In this document: positions 29,204 through 36,274 of the stretch, one piece after another
Numbering within the stretch: position 1 is the first letter of the stretch
How the letters are laid out: each line of letters begins with the position of its first letter
Assembly (NCBI GenBank): GCA_045632065.1
Contig: JAZQWA010000075.1
Span: 3,957 to 67,956, forward strand
DNA length: 64,000 bases
Reading direction: 5' to 3'
Source of the DNA: Eubacteriales bacterium
GTDB taxonomy: Bacteria; Bacillota; Clostridia; Oscillospirales; CAG-272
The notes under the pieces: model-generated
The model's database searches: none
What the model saw: the letters and a program-made list of their open reading frames with translations, nothing else
Told to the model about the DNA's origin: nothing
Position numbers and translations under genes: made by a program

Positions 29204-30061
29204 TTAGATAGTTCCTGTGACTGTCAATACTGCAACACCGGGGGTGGTTGTAACAACACCTGTATCAGTATCTCTGATATAGGTTGCAGCAGGTACGCTG
29301 ATTGCGCCGTTTAGAGTAGTAAACTGACCGGTTTCCTCGTCGTATGTGTAGCCTGTTCCAAGCACGAGAGGCTGACTGTTGAGGTTAACCGTAATATTGC
29401 TGAGAGTGGGATTAAAAATATCAGTAACTATCAGATTGTCTGTTGCTACTACGGGAATATTACCTGCATTCTGAATTATAAAGGTATAGGTTACCTCGCT
29501 ACCGCAGGTAACAGTTTCAGGACAAACTGCTTTTGCGATAGAAAGCAAGGGCTCATCTCTTGTGGGAACCTGTGCGCTATCACCAAGCTCGTCACAAATA
29601 TCGTCGGCATTAGCAGTCACGTAATTATATATTGCGGAACCCGCAGAGAGAGGTGCAAATTCGTTTGCCCTTACTTCGTAGAGCAGAGTTGCGACTCCAC
29701 CGGCAGGTACGTCAATGCCCGAAATTACAAGAGGAGGACCTGCATTTACTACCGGAGCAGGCTGCAAAACACCGTTCAGATAATAAATTATAGAGCCGTT
29801 AACGTAGGTTAAAGGAACTACGTTAATTCCTCCGTCAAGAGCGTAGATGCCGAGATCGTCAGTAAGCGTAATGTTATTTTTATCTACGGTATCACTATTT
29901 ACCAAAGTGACTGCATAAACTATATTGTCACCGGGACCGTAGTCTGTTGTTACAGCGGTTTTTGTTAAACTTACGCGTGTAATAACCTCTCCTTCCGTAA
30001 CGTTTGAGTTGGTAACTCTGCCGCCAAAGGAAAGAGAAGCCTGATTGTAAAAGGTTGCCAT
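29204..30061 (-). CDS. tandem DUF11-like (conserved repeat domain) beta-sandwich protein, no signal peptide
   Basis: ORF 29204..30148. ATG 30061 (MATFYNQASLSF) is preceded by AAGGAG. There are two repeats of the pattern L.K.A.....GD.V.Y...V.N.G. The Thr/Val/Asn-rich composition suggests beta structure. Confidence 0.55.
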   Translation of the reverse strand: MATFYNQASLSFGGRVTNSNVTEGEVITRVSLTKTAVTTDYGPGDNIVYAVTLVNSDTVDKNNITLTDDLGIYALDGGINVVPLTYVNGSIIYYLNGVLQPAPVVNAGPPLVISGIDVPAGGVATLLYEVRANEFAPLSAGSAIYNYVTANADDICDELGDSAQVPTRDEPLLSIAKAVCPETVTCGSEVTYTFIIQNAGNIPVVATDNLIVTDIFNPTLSNITVNLNSQPLVLGTGYTYDEETGQFTTLNGAISVPAATYIRDTDTGVVTTTPGVAVLTVTGTI

Positions 30062-30141
30062 TTTAATCTCCTTGTTTTTTGGGGGAATAATCCCCTCGCT
30101 ACAGTTTATGCAAAAAACAGAATAGTTGACATATTTAGATA

Positions 30142-30170
30142 TTGACAATTTTGCTTTTGTGTGGTAGAAT
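30142..30170 (+). promoter_or_regulatory. promoter of tRNA-Leu
   Basis: TTGACA (30142-30147), 17-nt spacer, then TAGAAT (30165-30170) with a TGG extended -10. The tRNA 5' end lies 13 nt downstream. Confidence 0.6.
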
Positions 30171-30182
30171 ATAAAAAGTTAT

Positions 30183-30266
30183 GCGGGCGTGGCGGAATTG
30201 GCAGACGCGCCAGACTTAGGATCTGGTGGTTACCCCGTGCAGGTTCAAGTCCTGTCGCCCGCACCA
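30183..30266 (+). tRNA. tRNA-Leu, anticodon UAG (class II, long variable arm, encoded CCA)
   Basis: Acceptor GCGGGCG/CGCCCGC; D-arm GCG-GAATTGGCAGA-CGC; anticodon stem CCAGA/TCTGG with loop CTTAGGA; T-arm GCAGG-TTCAAGT-CCTGT; terminal ACCA. Confidence 0.9.
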
Positions 30267-30308
30267 AGCAAGGAGATGGAGTCTTTTGATTCCATCTCCT
30301 TGCTTTTT
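30267..30308 (+). terminator. rho-independent terminator directly after the tRNA
   Basis: AGCAAGGAGATGGA / TCCATCTCCTTGCT 14-bp stem followed by TTTTT. Confidence 0.8.
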
Positions 30309-30405
30309 AGAAGCGAAAGGACTTGAAGTAGGAGCCGTGTAGAAAACTCTTCCGGTGGACGAGTTTTCCCGGCGAATGACTGACGAGCGCAGTTCGCGAG
30401 GAGAA

Positions 30406-30427
30406 TCAAGTCCTGTCGCCCGCACCA
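30406..30427 (+). repeat. direct repeat copy 2 of the tRNA-Leu 3' end (att-like)
   Basis: TCAAGTCCTGTCGCCCGCACCA is identical over 22 nt to 30245-30266. No matching 5' acceptor strand lies upstream, so this is not a second tRNA. Confidence 0.85.
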
Positions 30428-30433
30428 AAAAGC

Positions 30434-30456
30434 AGTTCCCCAAAGGGAACTTTTTT
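30434..30456 (+). terminator. terminator hairpin following repeat copy 2
   Basis: AGTTCCC-CAAA-GGGAACT followed by TTTTT. Confidence 0.65.
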
Positions 30457-30621
30457 GTTTGGGGACGGACTTGAACACTGTTAATTGCTGTGCAATTACG
30501 GGTTCGCCGACGACTCGCAAGCATAGTCGTCTCGGGCGTTAGGCAAGCCTTACTTCCGATACTCCTTGTTTTGCTCGGGCACTTCGGTAAAAACAGTTAT
30601 CAACTATTTTTACCTCGCTTA

Positions 30622-30637
30622 CCTGTCGCCCGCACCA
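30622..30637 (+). repeat. direct repeat copy 3 of the tRNA-Leu 3' end (att-like, 16 nt)
   Basis: CCTGTCGCCCGCACCA is identical to 30251-30266. Confidence 0.8.
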
Positions 30638-30644
30638 AAAAAAT

Positions 30645-30680
30645 GACTGTAATTTTGATACAAAATTGCAGTCTTTTTTT
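30645..30680 (+). terminator. terminator hairpin following repeat copy 3
   Basis: GACTGTAATTTT / AAAATTGCAGTC stem (one G-T pair) followed by TTTTTTT. Confidence 0.65.
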
Positions 30681-30682
30681 AT

Positions 30683-30866
30683 CCAAACCGCAGGTTTGGT
30701 ATATCATCACCGCACGAAGTGTGGTGGATATCATCAGCCCATTGAGCTGTATATCATCACTCATCAGAGTGTATTCTCCTGCGGTTTAATGATATACAAT
30801 GCTTCGCATTGATGATATACTCGTCCAAAAGCGAGATATACTCGTTTTCGGACGGATGATATACAC
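30683..30866. repeat. phased array of the 9-12 nt motif (GT)ATATCATCA(C): three forward copies then three to four inverted copies
   Basis: Forward cores lie at 30701-30709, 30728-30736 and 30751-30759. Reverse cores (TGATGATAT) lie at 30787-30795 (1 mismatch), 30810-30818 (perfect) and 30854-30862 (1 mismatch), with a partial GATATAC at 30833-30841. Spacings are 21-27 bp. Small unrelated hairpins fill the spacers. Confidence 0.8.
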
Positions 30867-30993
30867 TTTCTACGAAAGTGATAAATTTGCATGCCTTTTT
30901 ATTTTTATCAGCAAAAAGCCAATAGTTCATTTTATCCCCTTATCGTTCAATTTATGGGATATCGTTCAGTTTTTGCTTTTCGTAAGGTTGTTA

Positions 30994-31022
30994 TTGATTT
31001 TGGTTAAGGTATGTGATATAAT
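30994..31022 (+). promoter_or_regulatory. sigma-A type promoter of the GNAT gene
   Basis: TTGATT (30994-30999), 17-nt spacer, then TATAAT (31017-31022) with an upstream TGTG. Confidence 0.55.
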
Positions 31023-31063
31023 AAACTCAATTATAAATAAGAATTTAATGAGGTCATTTATAT

Positions 31064-31669
31064 ATGAACGCAAACTTTGAAATTAGTGAATTGGTCATTG
31101 AAACAGAAAGATTGGTATTACGTCCGTTTAGGCAATCCGACCTACACGATTTCAATGAATACGCATCTGTCCCGGGTGTAGGCGAGATGGCAGGTTGGAA
31201 ACATCACGAAACAATTGAAAAAACGCAGGAAATCTTGGATATGTTTATTAAAGAAGATAAAACCTTTGCAATTGTTTTCAAAAAGAATAACAAAGTAATC
31301 GGTTCTCTCGGTGTTGAAAAATATGGGCTTGAAGACAAATTGACCGAATTTAATGGCTATTATGGCCGTGAGATTGGTTACGTATTATCGAAGGATTACT
31401 GGGGCAAAGGCATTATGCCTGAAGCAGTGGGGGGCGTAATTGACTATCTGTTCAACGATTTGAATCTGGACTTTTTAACATGCGGATACTATGATTTTAA
31501 CGATCAATCTAAAAGAGTTCAGGAAAAGTGTGGCTTTAAACCTTACCGAAAGCTTGTTATGGATACTCGGTTGGGAACAAAAGAACCCGGCGTCCTAAAT
31601 ATGCTTATCAATCCTAACAAGAATATTTCGCTTGTGTTCTCCCATCCCGAAACGTTGATTTACAAATAA
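31064..31669 (+). CDS. GNAT family N-acetyltransferase (RimJ/RimL-like)
   Basis: The N-terminus TERLVLRPFRQSD is typical of the RimJ/L subgroup. The acetyl-CoA loop is YWGKGIMPEA. Confidence 0.85.
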   Translation: MNANFEISELVIETERLVLRPFRQSDLHDFNEYASVPGVGEMAGWKHHETIEKTQEILDMFIKEDKTFAIVFKKNNKVIGSLGVEKYGLEDKLTEFNGYYGREIGYVLSKDYWGKGIMPEAVGGVIDYLFNDLNLDFLTCGYYDFNDQSKRVQEKCGFKPYRKLVMDTRLGTKEPGVLNMLINPNKNISLVFSHPETLIYK

Positions 31670-31803
31670 CCGTAAATCCCAATTTATCGGTGAACTTGGT
31701 TAAAATAAAAAATGTATCCATTTAATTGTTTTGCACCTATAACGCTAAAACTTGCACCCACTCGAAAATGGTATCAAAATTTTAGATCACTCACAAATAA
31801 AAC

Positions 31804-31832
31804 AACCCCGACTCGATCGGGGTTATTTTATT
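31804..31832 (+). terminator. rho-independent terminator downstream of the GNAT gene
   Basis: AACCCCGA-CTCGA-TCGGGGTT followed by ATTTTATTT. Confidence 0.65.
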
Positions 31833-31855
31833 TGATATGGACTACGCAGCGCAAA

Positions 31856-31876
31856 TCAAGTTTTTTGCCCGCACCA
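31856..31876 (+). repeat. degenerate fourth copy of the tRNA-Leu 3' end
   Basis: TCAAGTTTTTTGCCCGCACCA compared with TCAAGTCCTGTCGCCCGCACCA. The outer TCAAGT and GCCCGCACCA blocks are conserved and the middle is diverged. Confidence 0.4.
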
Positions 31877-32046
31877 TAGCCTTGATTTTAGCTGTAAAAA
31901 GTGGTATAATCTAAACGATAAGTAGTGTGATTTTAAAAAACGAAAAAATACTTAAATCAACACATTATGCAATTGTTGTTGTTCAATTTTTCTCTTGAGG
32001 TTGGTAAAATATAGACACAATAAAACAACCGAAAAGGAGAAACAAA

Positions 32047-32400
32047 ATGAACACAGACAAAATTTATGCAGAATCCATCGCAAAGGAATACGCGCCCAAG
32101 GATAACTCCAAAATCGTAGCACTTCGCAAGCTTGACAAAAAGGCAAAGATGCCCGCAACTATTTTCACCTACACCTTCGGCATCTTTTCATCGCTCGTGT
32201 TGGGCACGGGAATGTGCTTTGCAATGAAGGTTATCGGCAGCGGTATCATTGATATGATAATAGGAATAGTCGTTGGCATTGTTGGTATGGTTGGATGCGG
32301 TGTTAACTATCCTATCTATAAAAAGATGCTTGAGAACGGCAAAAAGAAGTATGCTTATCAGATCGTAGAGCTTGCAAGAGAAATAAGCGACGGCAAATAA
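32047..32400 (+). CDS. small two-TM membrane protein (117 aa)
   Basis: AAAGGAG RBS, a cytoplasmic basic N-terminus, then two Gly-rich TM helices. First gene of a three-gene unit with a TetR regulator. Confidence 0.6.
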   Translation: MNTDKIYAESIAKEYAPKDNSKIVALRKLDKKAKMPATIFTYTFGIFSSLVLGTGMCFAMKVIGSGIIDMIIGIVVGIVGMVGCGVNYPIYKKMLENGKKKYAYQIVELAREISDGK

Positions 32401-32421
32401 TCATTCGCGGAGGTGTGTATT

Positions 32422-33018
32422 ATGAATAGAAATGAAAGTAAATATTTCAATACGGCAATCAAAATGGACGAAGCCCTCATCACCCTCCTTGAAAAGAAAG
32501 ATTTTGAATTTATTACCATTAAAGAAATATGTGATACAGCAGGTGTAAACCGCTCTACCTTTTACTTGCATTACGATAACACCTCTGATTTGCTTCAGGA
32601 AACGGTGCGGTATATTGTTGGTAAGCATCTAAAATATTACGGAATAGATAATCAACACTTATCCTTGCAATTCGAAAATTGCAGGCAAGAAGAGCTACTG
32701 TTTATAACCGATGAGTATCTTGCTCCATATCTGACGTTTATCAAGGAAAATAAGCGCTTGTTTAAGGTGTCTATAAAGCGTTTTCATTCAATGCATATGG
32801 ATGATGTATACAGCGAAATGTTTGAGCGTATCTTTTGTCCTATACTTGCTAGATTTCGCGTTCCCGAGCTCGAGCGTTCCTACGTAATAAAATTCTATTT
32901 AACAGTTGTATTTGCTGTTATTAACGAATGGCTTGAAAGGGATTGCTCGGACGACAAGGAAACAATTGTTAAGGTAATATTGGATTGCGTGTTGGGGGAG
33001 AGAAAGGTAAATGGATAG
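32422..33018 (+). CDS. TetR/AcrR family transcriptional regulator
   Basis: HTH segment ITIKEICDTAGVNRSTFYLHYDN. ATG 32422 lies 9 nt after GGAGG. Confidence 0.85.
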   Translation: MNRNESKYFNTAIKMDEALITLLEKKDFEFITIKEICDTAGVNRSTFYLHYDNTSDLLQETVRYIVGKHLKYYGIDNQHLSLQFENCRQEELLFITDEYLAPYLTFIKENKRLFKVSIKRFHSMHMDDVYSEMFERIFCPILARFRVPELERSYVIKFYLTVVFAVINEWLERDCSDDKETIVKVILDCVLGERKVNG

Positions 33019-33595
33019 AACGTTTAAGCTCGCCCTTACGAGCTTGGCATTCAACGTAATTTTTGCAATCTATCATCTCGTATTAGGATTGGTAACACGC
33101 TCGTGGTGGCTTCTGACACTCGGCACATATTACCTCGTTTTAAGTGTTGTTCGTTTTATGGTGTTACGCTTCAAATCAAACGAGCGCTTTATTACTAAAC
33201 TAACCGGTTGGATGCTCATAACAATGTCCGTTCCTCTTGCAGGAACAGTCATACTCTCTGTAGTTAAGGACAGGGGACATGAGCTTCATATGATAGTAAT
33301 GATAGCAATGGCTGCCTATGCATTTACCAAGATTACGCTAGCAGTAATGAGATTTATACAAGCTCGTAACAGCGATTCGGCGACGCTTATCACGCTAAGA
33401 AACATATCATTAGCCCATGCTTTCGTTTCAATATTTGCATTACAGCGCTCAATGCTCGTGTCCTTTGATGGAATGATGGATACCGAAATAGTGATTATGA
33501 ACGCCGCGCTTGGTTCTGTTGTATATGTGATTGTCCTTCTTCTCGGAATAAATCTTATTAAAAACAGAAGGATACTGTTCAAGAGCATAGAATAA
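33011..33595 (+). CDS. polytopic membrane protein (194 aa)
   Basis: 8-nt overlap with the TetR gene. About six hydrophobic helices. No motif recognised. Confidence 0.6.
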   Translation: MDRTFKLALTSLAFNVIFAIYHLVLGLVTRSWWLLTLGTYYLVLSVVRFMVLRFKSNERFITKLTGWMLITMSVPLAGTVILSVVKDRGHELHMIVMIAMAAYAFTKITLAVMRFIQARNSDSATLITLRNISLAHAFVSIFALQRSMLVSFDGMMDTEIVIMNAALGSVVYVIVLLLGINLIKNRRILFKSIE

Positions 33596-33631
33596 TTTGC
33601 TTCGAAAAAACTGATTATCATGAGTGTTTAG

Positions 33632-33660
33632 TTGACAGAAGAAAAAATTTGTGATATAAT
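33632..33660 (+). promoter_or_regulatory. sigma-A type promoter of the membrane-bound XRE regulator gene
   Basis: TTGACA (33632-33637), 17-nt spacer, then TATAAT (33655-33660) with an upstream TGTG. Confidence 0.55.
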
Positions 33661-33710
33661 AGCACAAGATTATAATACAGCGATGAGCTGTTTGAATTTG
33701 GAGAACTTTT

Positions 33711-34310
33711 ATGAAGGATATAAAAGGCATAGTTGCCAAAAATATATGCGAACTTCGTCAATTAAACAATATGACGCAGCTTGAATTAGCTGAAAAATTA
33801 AACTATTCGGATAAAGCGATATCCAAGTGGGAAAGGGCTGAATCCTGTCCCGATATTTCCGTGCTTGTTCAAATTGCCGAGATGTTCGGAGTAACGGTAG
33901 ACTATCTTGTTAATGAAGATAATAAAAAGCCCGATTTAAATAAGGGCACATCGGATGAGGGCAGGTATAATCGCAGAGCGATTGCATATATTTCGGAAAG
34001 CTGCGCTTGGATAATTGCTATTGTTGCATTTATTATTACGACCTTGATTTTAAAACAAACGACTTTTCAATTCCTTTATTTTGCCTACGCATTGCCCGTG
34101 GCGATGATTGTTAAGCTCGTGTTTAACTCTGTATGGTTTAATCCAAGACATAATTATCTCATCATATCCATTTTGATGTGGTCGCTTCATGCAGCGATAC
34201 ATATTACGTTTTTGTATTTTGGAATTGACGTCGCCCTTATCTATATAATAGGTGTTGCAGGGCAGATCGTTATAGTTCTTTGGTCTTTCATCTCAAAACC
34301 TAAAAAGTAA
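33711..34310 (+). CDS. XRE-family HTH regulator fused to a C-terminal four-TM domain
   Basis: HTH_3 segment LRQLNNMTQLELAEKLNYSDKAISKWERAESCPDISVLVQIAEMFGVTVDYL, followed by hydrophobic helices. Confidence 0.8.
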   Translation: MKDIKGIVAKNICELRQLNNMTQLELAEKLNYSDKAISKWERAESCPDISVLVQIAEMFGVTVDYLVNEDNKKPDLNKGTSDEGRYNRRAIAYISESCAWIIAIVAFIITTLILKQTTFQFLYFAYALPVAMIVKLVFNSVWFNPRHNYLIISILMWSLHAAIHITFLYFGIDVALIYIIGVAGQIVIVLWSFISKPKK

Positions 34311-34323
34311 ATAATAGTTAGAA

Positions 34324-34361
34324 AAAATCCTCGTTTTCATTGGAAAAACGAGGATTTTTTG
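34324..34361 (+). terminator. rho-independent terminator
   Basis: AAAATCCTCGTTTTC / GAAAAACGAGGATTTT stem followed by a T-run. Confidence 0.75.
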
Positions 34362-34506
34362 TTGCTTTCTACGGGCGGTAGAGCGGTAGAGCTAAAACTC
34401 TACTGCTCGAAAACAAGATATAGACCTGCATGGAAGAACAGTCGATTGACTTTCTTTGACAAATTAAGATATAATTGAGACAATGATTTAAAAAAGGAGT
34501 AAAAAA

Positions 34507-35433
34507 ATGACCAAAGAGATACCGATTTTCTTTTCAACCGATGATAACTATATACCGTTTTTGGATGTCGCAATTTCGTCTTTGATTTTAAATGCGTCAA
34601 AGGAATTTGAATATAGAATTGTTGTTTTGAACACAGGACTTAATGCGGAGAACGTTAGTAAGGTTAAGCAAAACGAAAAGCCAGGCTTTAAAATTGATTT
34701 TGTTGATATTTCCGAGGACGTTGAGAGGATAAAGACGAGATTGAAGAACGTTTATCACTTCTCAGTTGTTACGTACTATCGACTTTTTATCGCATCGCTT
34801 TTCCCTGAGTATGACAAGGTAATATATTTGGATTGCGACCTGGTGATTTTAGGCGATATATCCAAGCTTTATCATACCGAGCTTGCTGATAATATCTTAG
34901 CAGCGGCGCCCGAGCAGTTCGTTCAGAATACAAAAGAGTTCAGATTATATGCAAAAAATGCGCTTGGCGTTGATCCCGATGGATATGTTAACGCTGGAGT
35001 GCTTCTTATGAATCTTAAGGAATTCAGAAAAAATGAGATAGAAGAAAAATTCGTTCATCTTATAACCGAGTATGATTTCGATTTGCTTGATCCTGACCAG
35101 GCATATTTAAATTATCTATGCTTGGGCAAGATTCACGTTCTTCCAAATGGATGGAATAAGGAGCCTATGCCCCTTGCCTGCGAGGGTGAAAAGAACATAG
35201 TGCATTATGCTTTGTATAAGAAGCCTTGGCAGTATGACGACGTAATGGATGGCGAATATTTTTGGAGTTATGCAAAAAAATCGCCATTTTACGATGAAAT
35301 ATGTCAAAGAAAAGATAATTTCAGTGAGTCTGAAAGGGCGCAGAAGGAAGCCACAGCCCACGAAATTCTTGAGCACGCCTTGAGGATTATTGACTCAGAG
35401 GATACCTTCTCAAAACAACTGTGTAATAAATGA
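34507..35433 (+). CDS. glycosyltransferase family 8
   Basis: AAAGGAG RBS. IFFSTDDNYIPFL N-terminal motif, DxD in YLDCDLV, and NAGVLLMNL. Confidence 0.85.
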   Translation: MTKEIPIFFSTDDNYIPFLDVAISSLILNASKEFEYRIVVLNTGLNAENVSKVKQNEKPGFKIDFVDISEDVERIKTRLKNVYHFSVVTYYRLFIASLFPEYDKVIYLDCDLVILGDISKLYHTELADNILAAAPEQFVQNTKEFRLYAKNALGVDPDGYVNAGVLLMNLKEFRKNEIEEKFVHLITEYDFDLLDPDQAYLNYLCLGKIHVLPNGWNKEPMPLACEGEKNIVHYALYKKPWQYDDVMDGEYFWSYAKKSPFYDEICQRKDNFSESERAQKEATAHEILEHALRIIDSEDTFSKQLCNK

Positions 35434-35443
35434 GGATCGTGGT

Positions 35444-36274
35444 ATGGAAAAATCAGAGCATAAGTTAGAGCTTCTAAAGCGAATTGAAGAGCTTGAAAAA
35501 CAACAGCTTTGGCATCTCGACGTAGAGGATGACCCTGAAACCTATCCGCTTATGCCGGATCGGGTTGATTATCTGAATGAAAAGCTCTCAAGCAAAATAA
35601 AAAATCGAATCGCAAATTTCCTTGGCACGAGATTCTTCGAGGGAATGATTGCCAAGCGTCAGTTAATTATAAAGGAAGTCCGCGGAATTGAAAACTTTAC
35701 CGCGGTAAGCGGTGGCAAGATTGTTACCTGCAATCATTTCAGTATAAGTGATAATTACGCTGTCTGGAGATCGTTGCGCGATCATATGGGCGGTAAAATG
35801 TTATACAAAATTATCCGTGAGGGAAATTATACAAATCCTCCGAAGCCTTTTGGCATGATGATGCGACATTGTAACACACTGCCTCTTTCCAGCCAGACGT
35901 CTACTATGAAGAAATTTCTTCGAGCTGTTAAGGTGCTGCTTGAGCGCGGAGAAACTATTTTGATCTATCCAGAGCAGGGAATGTGGTGGAATTATCGCAA
36001 GCCTAAGCCCATGCAGGACGGGGCGTTTACACTTGCCATCAGAAATAAAACTCCCATAATACCTATTTTTATAACCATGGAGGACAGCGACTTCCTTGAT
36101 GATGACGGATTTTTTGTACAGGAGTATACGGTACATATTTTACCTGCTATATATCCTGACGAAACGCTGACAAACGTGGAGGCAAGAGACAAAATGAAAA
36201 GGGAGAACTACGGGGCTTGGGTAAAGGTTTACGAGGACTTTTATAAAACGCCTCTTGTTTATTCAGAACAATGA
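35444..36274 (+). CDS. lysophospholipid (PlsC-like) acyltransferase family protein
   Basis: HX4D motif NHFSISD and YPEQG (PEG-type) motif. The gene starts 10 nt after the GT8 stop. Confidence 0.7.
   Translation: MEKSEHKLELLKRIEELEKQQLWHLDVEDDPETYPLMPDRVDYLNEKLSSKIKNRIANFLGTRFFEGMIAKRQLIIKEVRGIENFTAVSGGKIVTCNHFSISDNYAVWRSLRDHMGGKMLYKIIREGNYTNPPKPFGMMMRHCNTLPLSSQTSTMKKFLRAVKVLLERGETILIYPEQGMWWNYRKPKPMQDGAFTLAIRNKTPIIPIFITMEDSDFLDDDGFFVQEYTVHILPAIYPDETLTNVEARDKMKRENYGAWVKVYEDFYKTPLVYSEQ

Noticed and set aside
30309-30637. The possibility that repeat copies 2 and 3 are additional tRNA genes or tRNA pseudogenes with a full cloverleaf.
   Set aside because: No GCGGGCG acceptor 5' strand, D-arm or anticodon arm can be found upstream of either copy. 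Only the T-arm and acceptor 3' portion is present.
30683-30866. A CRISPR array as the explanation for the short phased repeats.
   Set aside because: The repeat unit (9-12 nt) and spacers (10-15 nt) are far too short. The orientation flips mid-array. No cas genes or leader are present.
30216-31080. Track ORFs around the tRNA locus: 30216..30524 and 30245..30520 on the minus strand, and 30490..30789 and 30799..31080 on the plus strand.
   Set aside because: They run through the tRNA, three terminator hairpins, the repeat array and the GNAT promoter. None has an SD. Their peptide periodicity (DDIL/RDIL/RMIY) simply mirrors the DNA repeat.
34374-34408. The hairpin GAGCGGTAGAG-CTAAAA-CTCTACTGCTC between the XRE-TM terminator and the GT8 promoter, considered as a possible ncRNA or regulatory element.
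   Set aside because: It is a single short stem with no T-run, no flanking promoter and no recognisable riboswitch core. The evidence does not go beyond an incidental palindrome.
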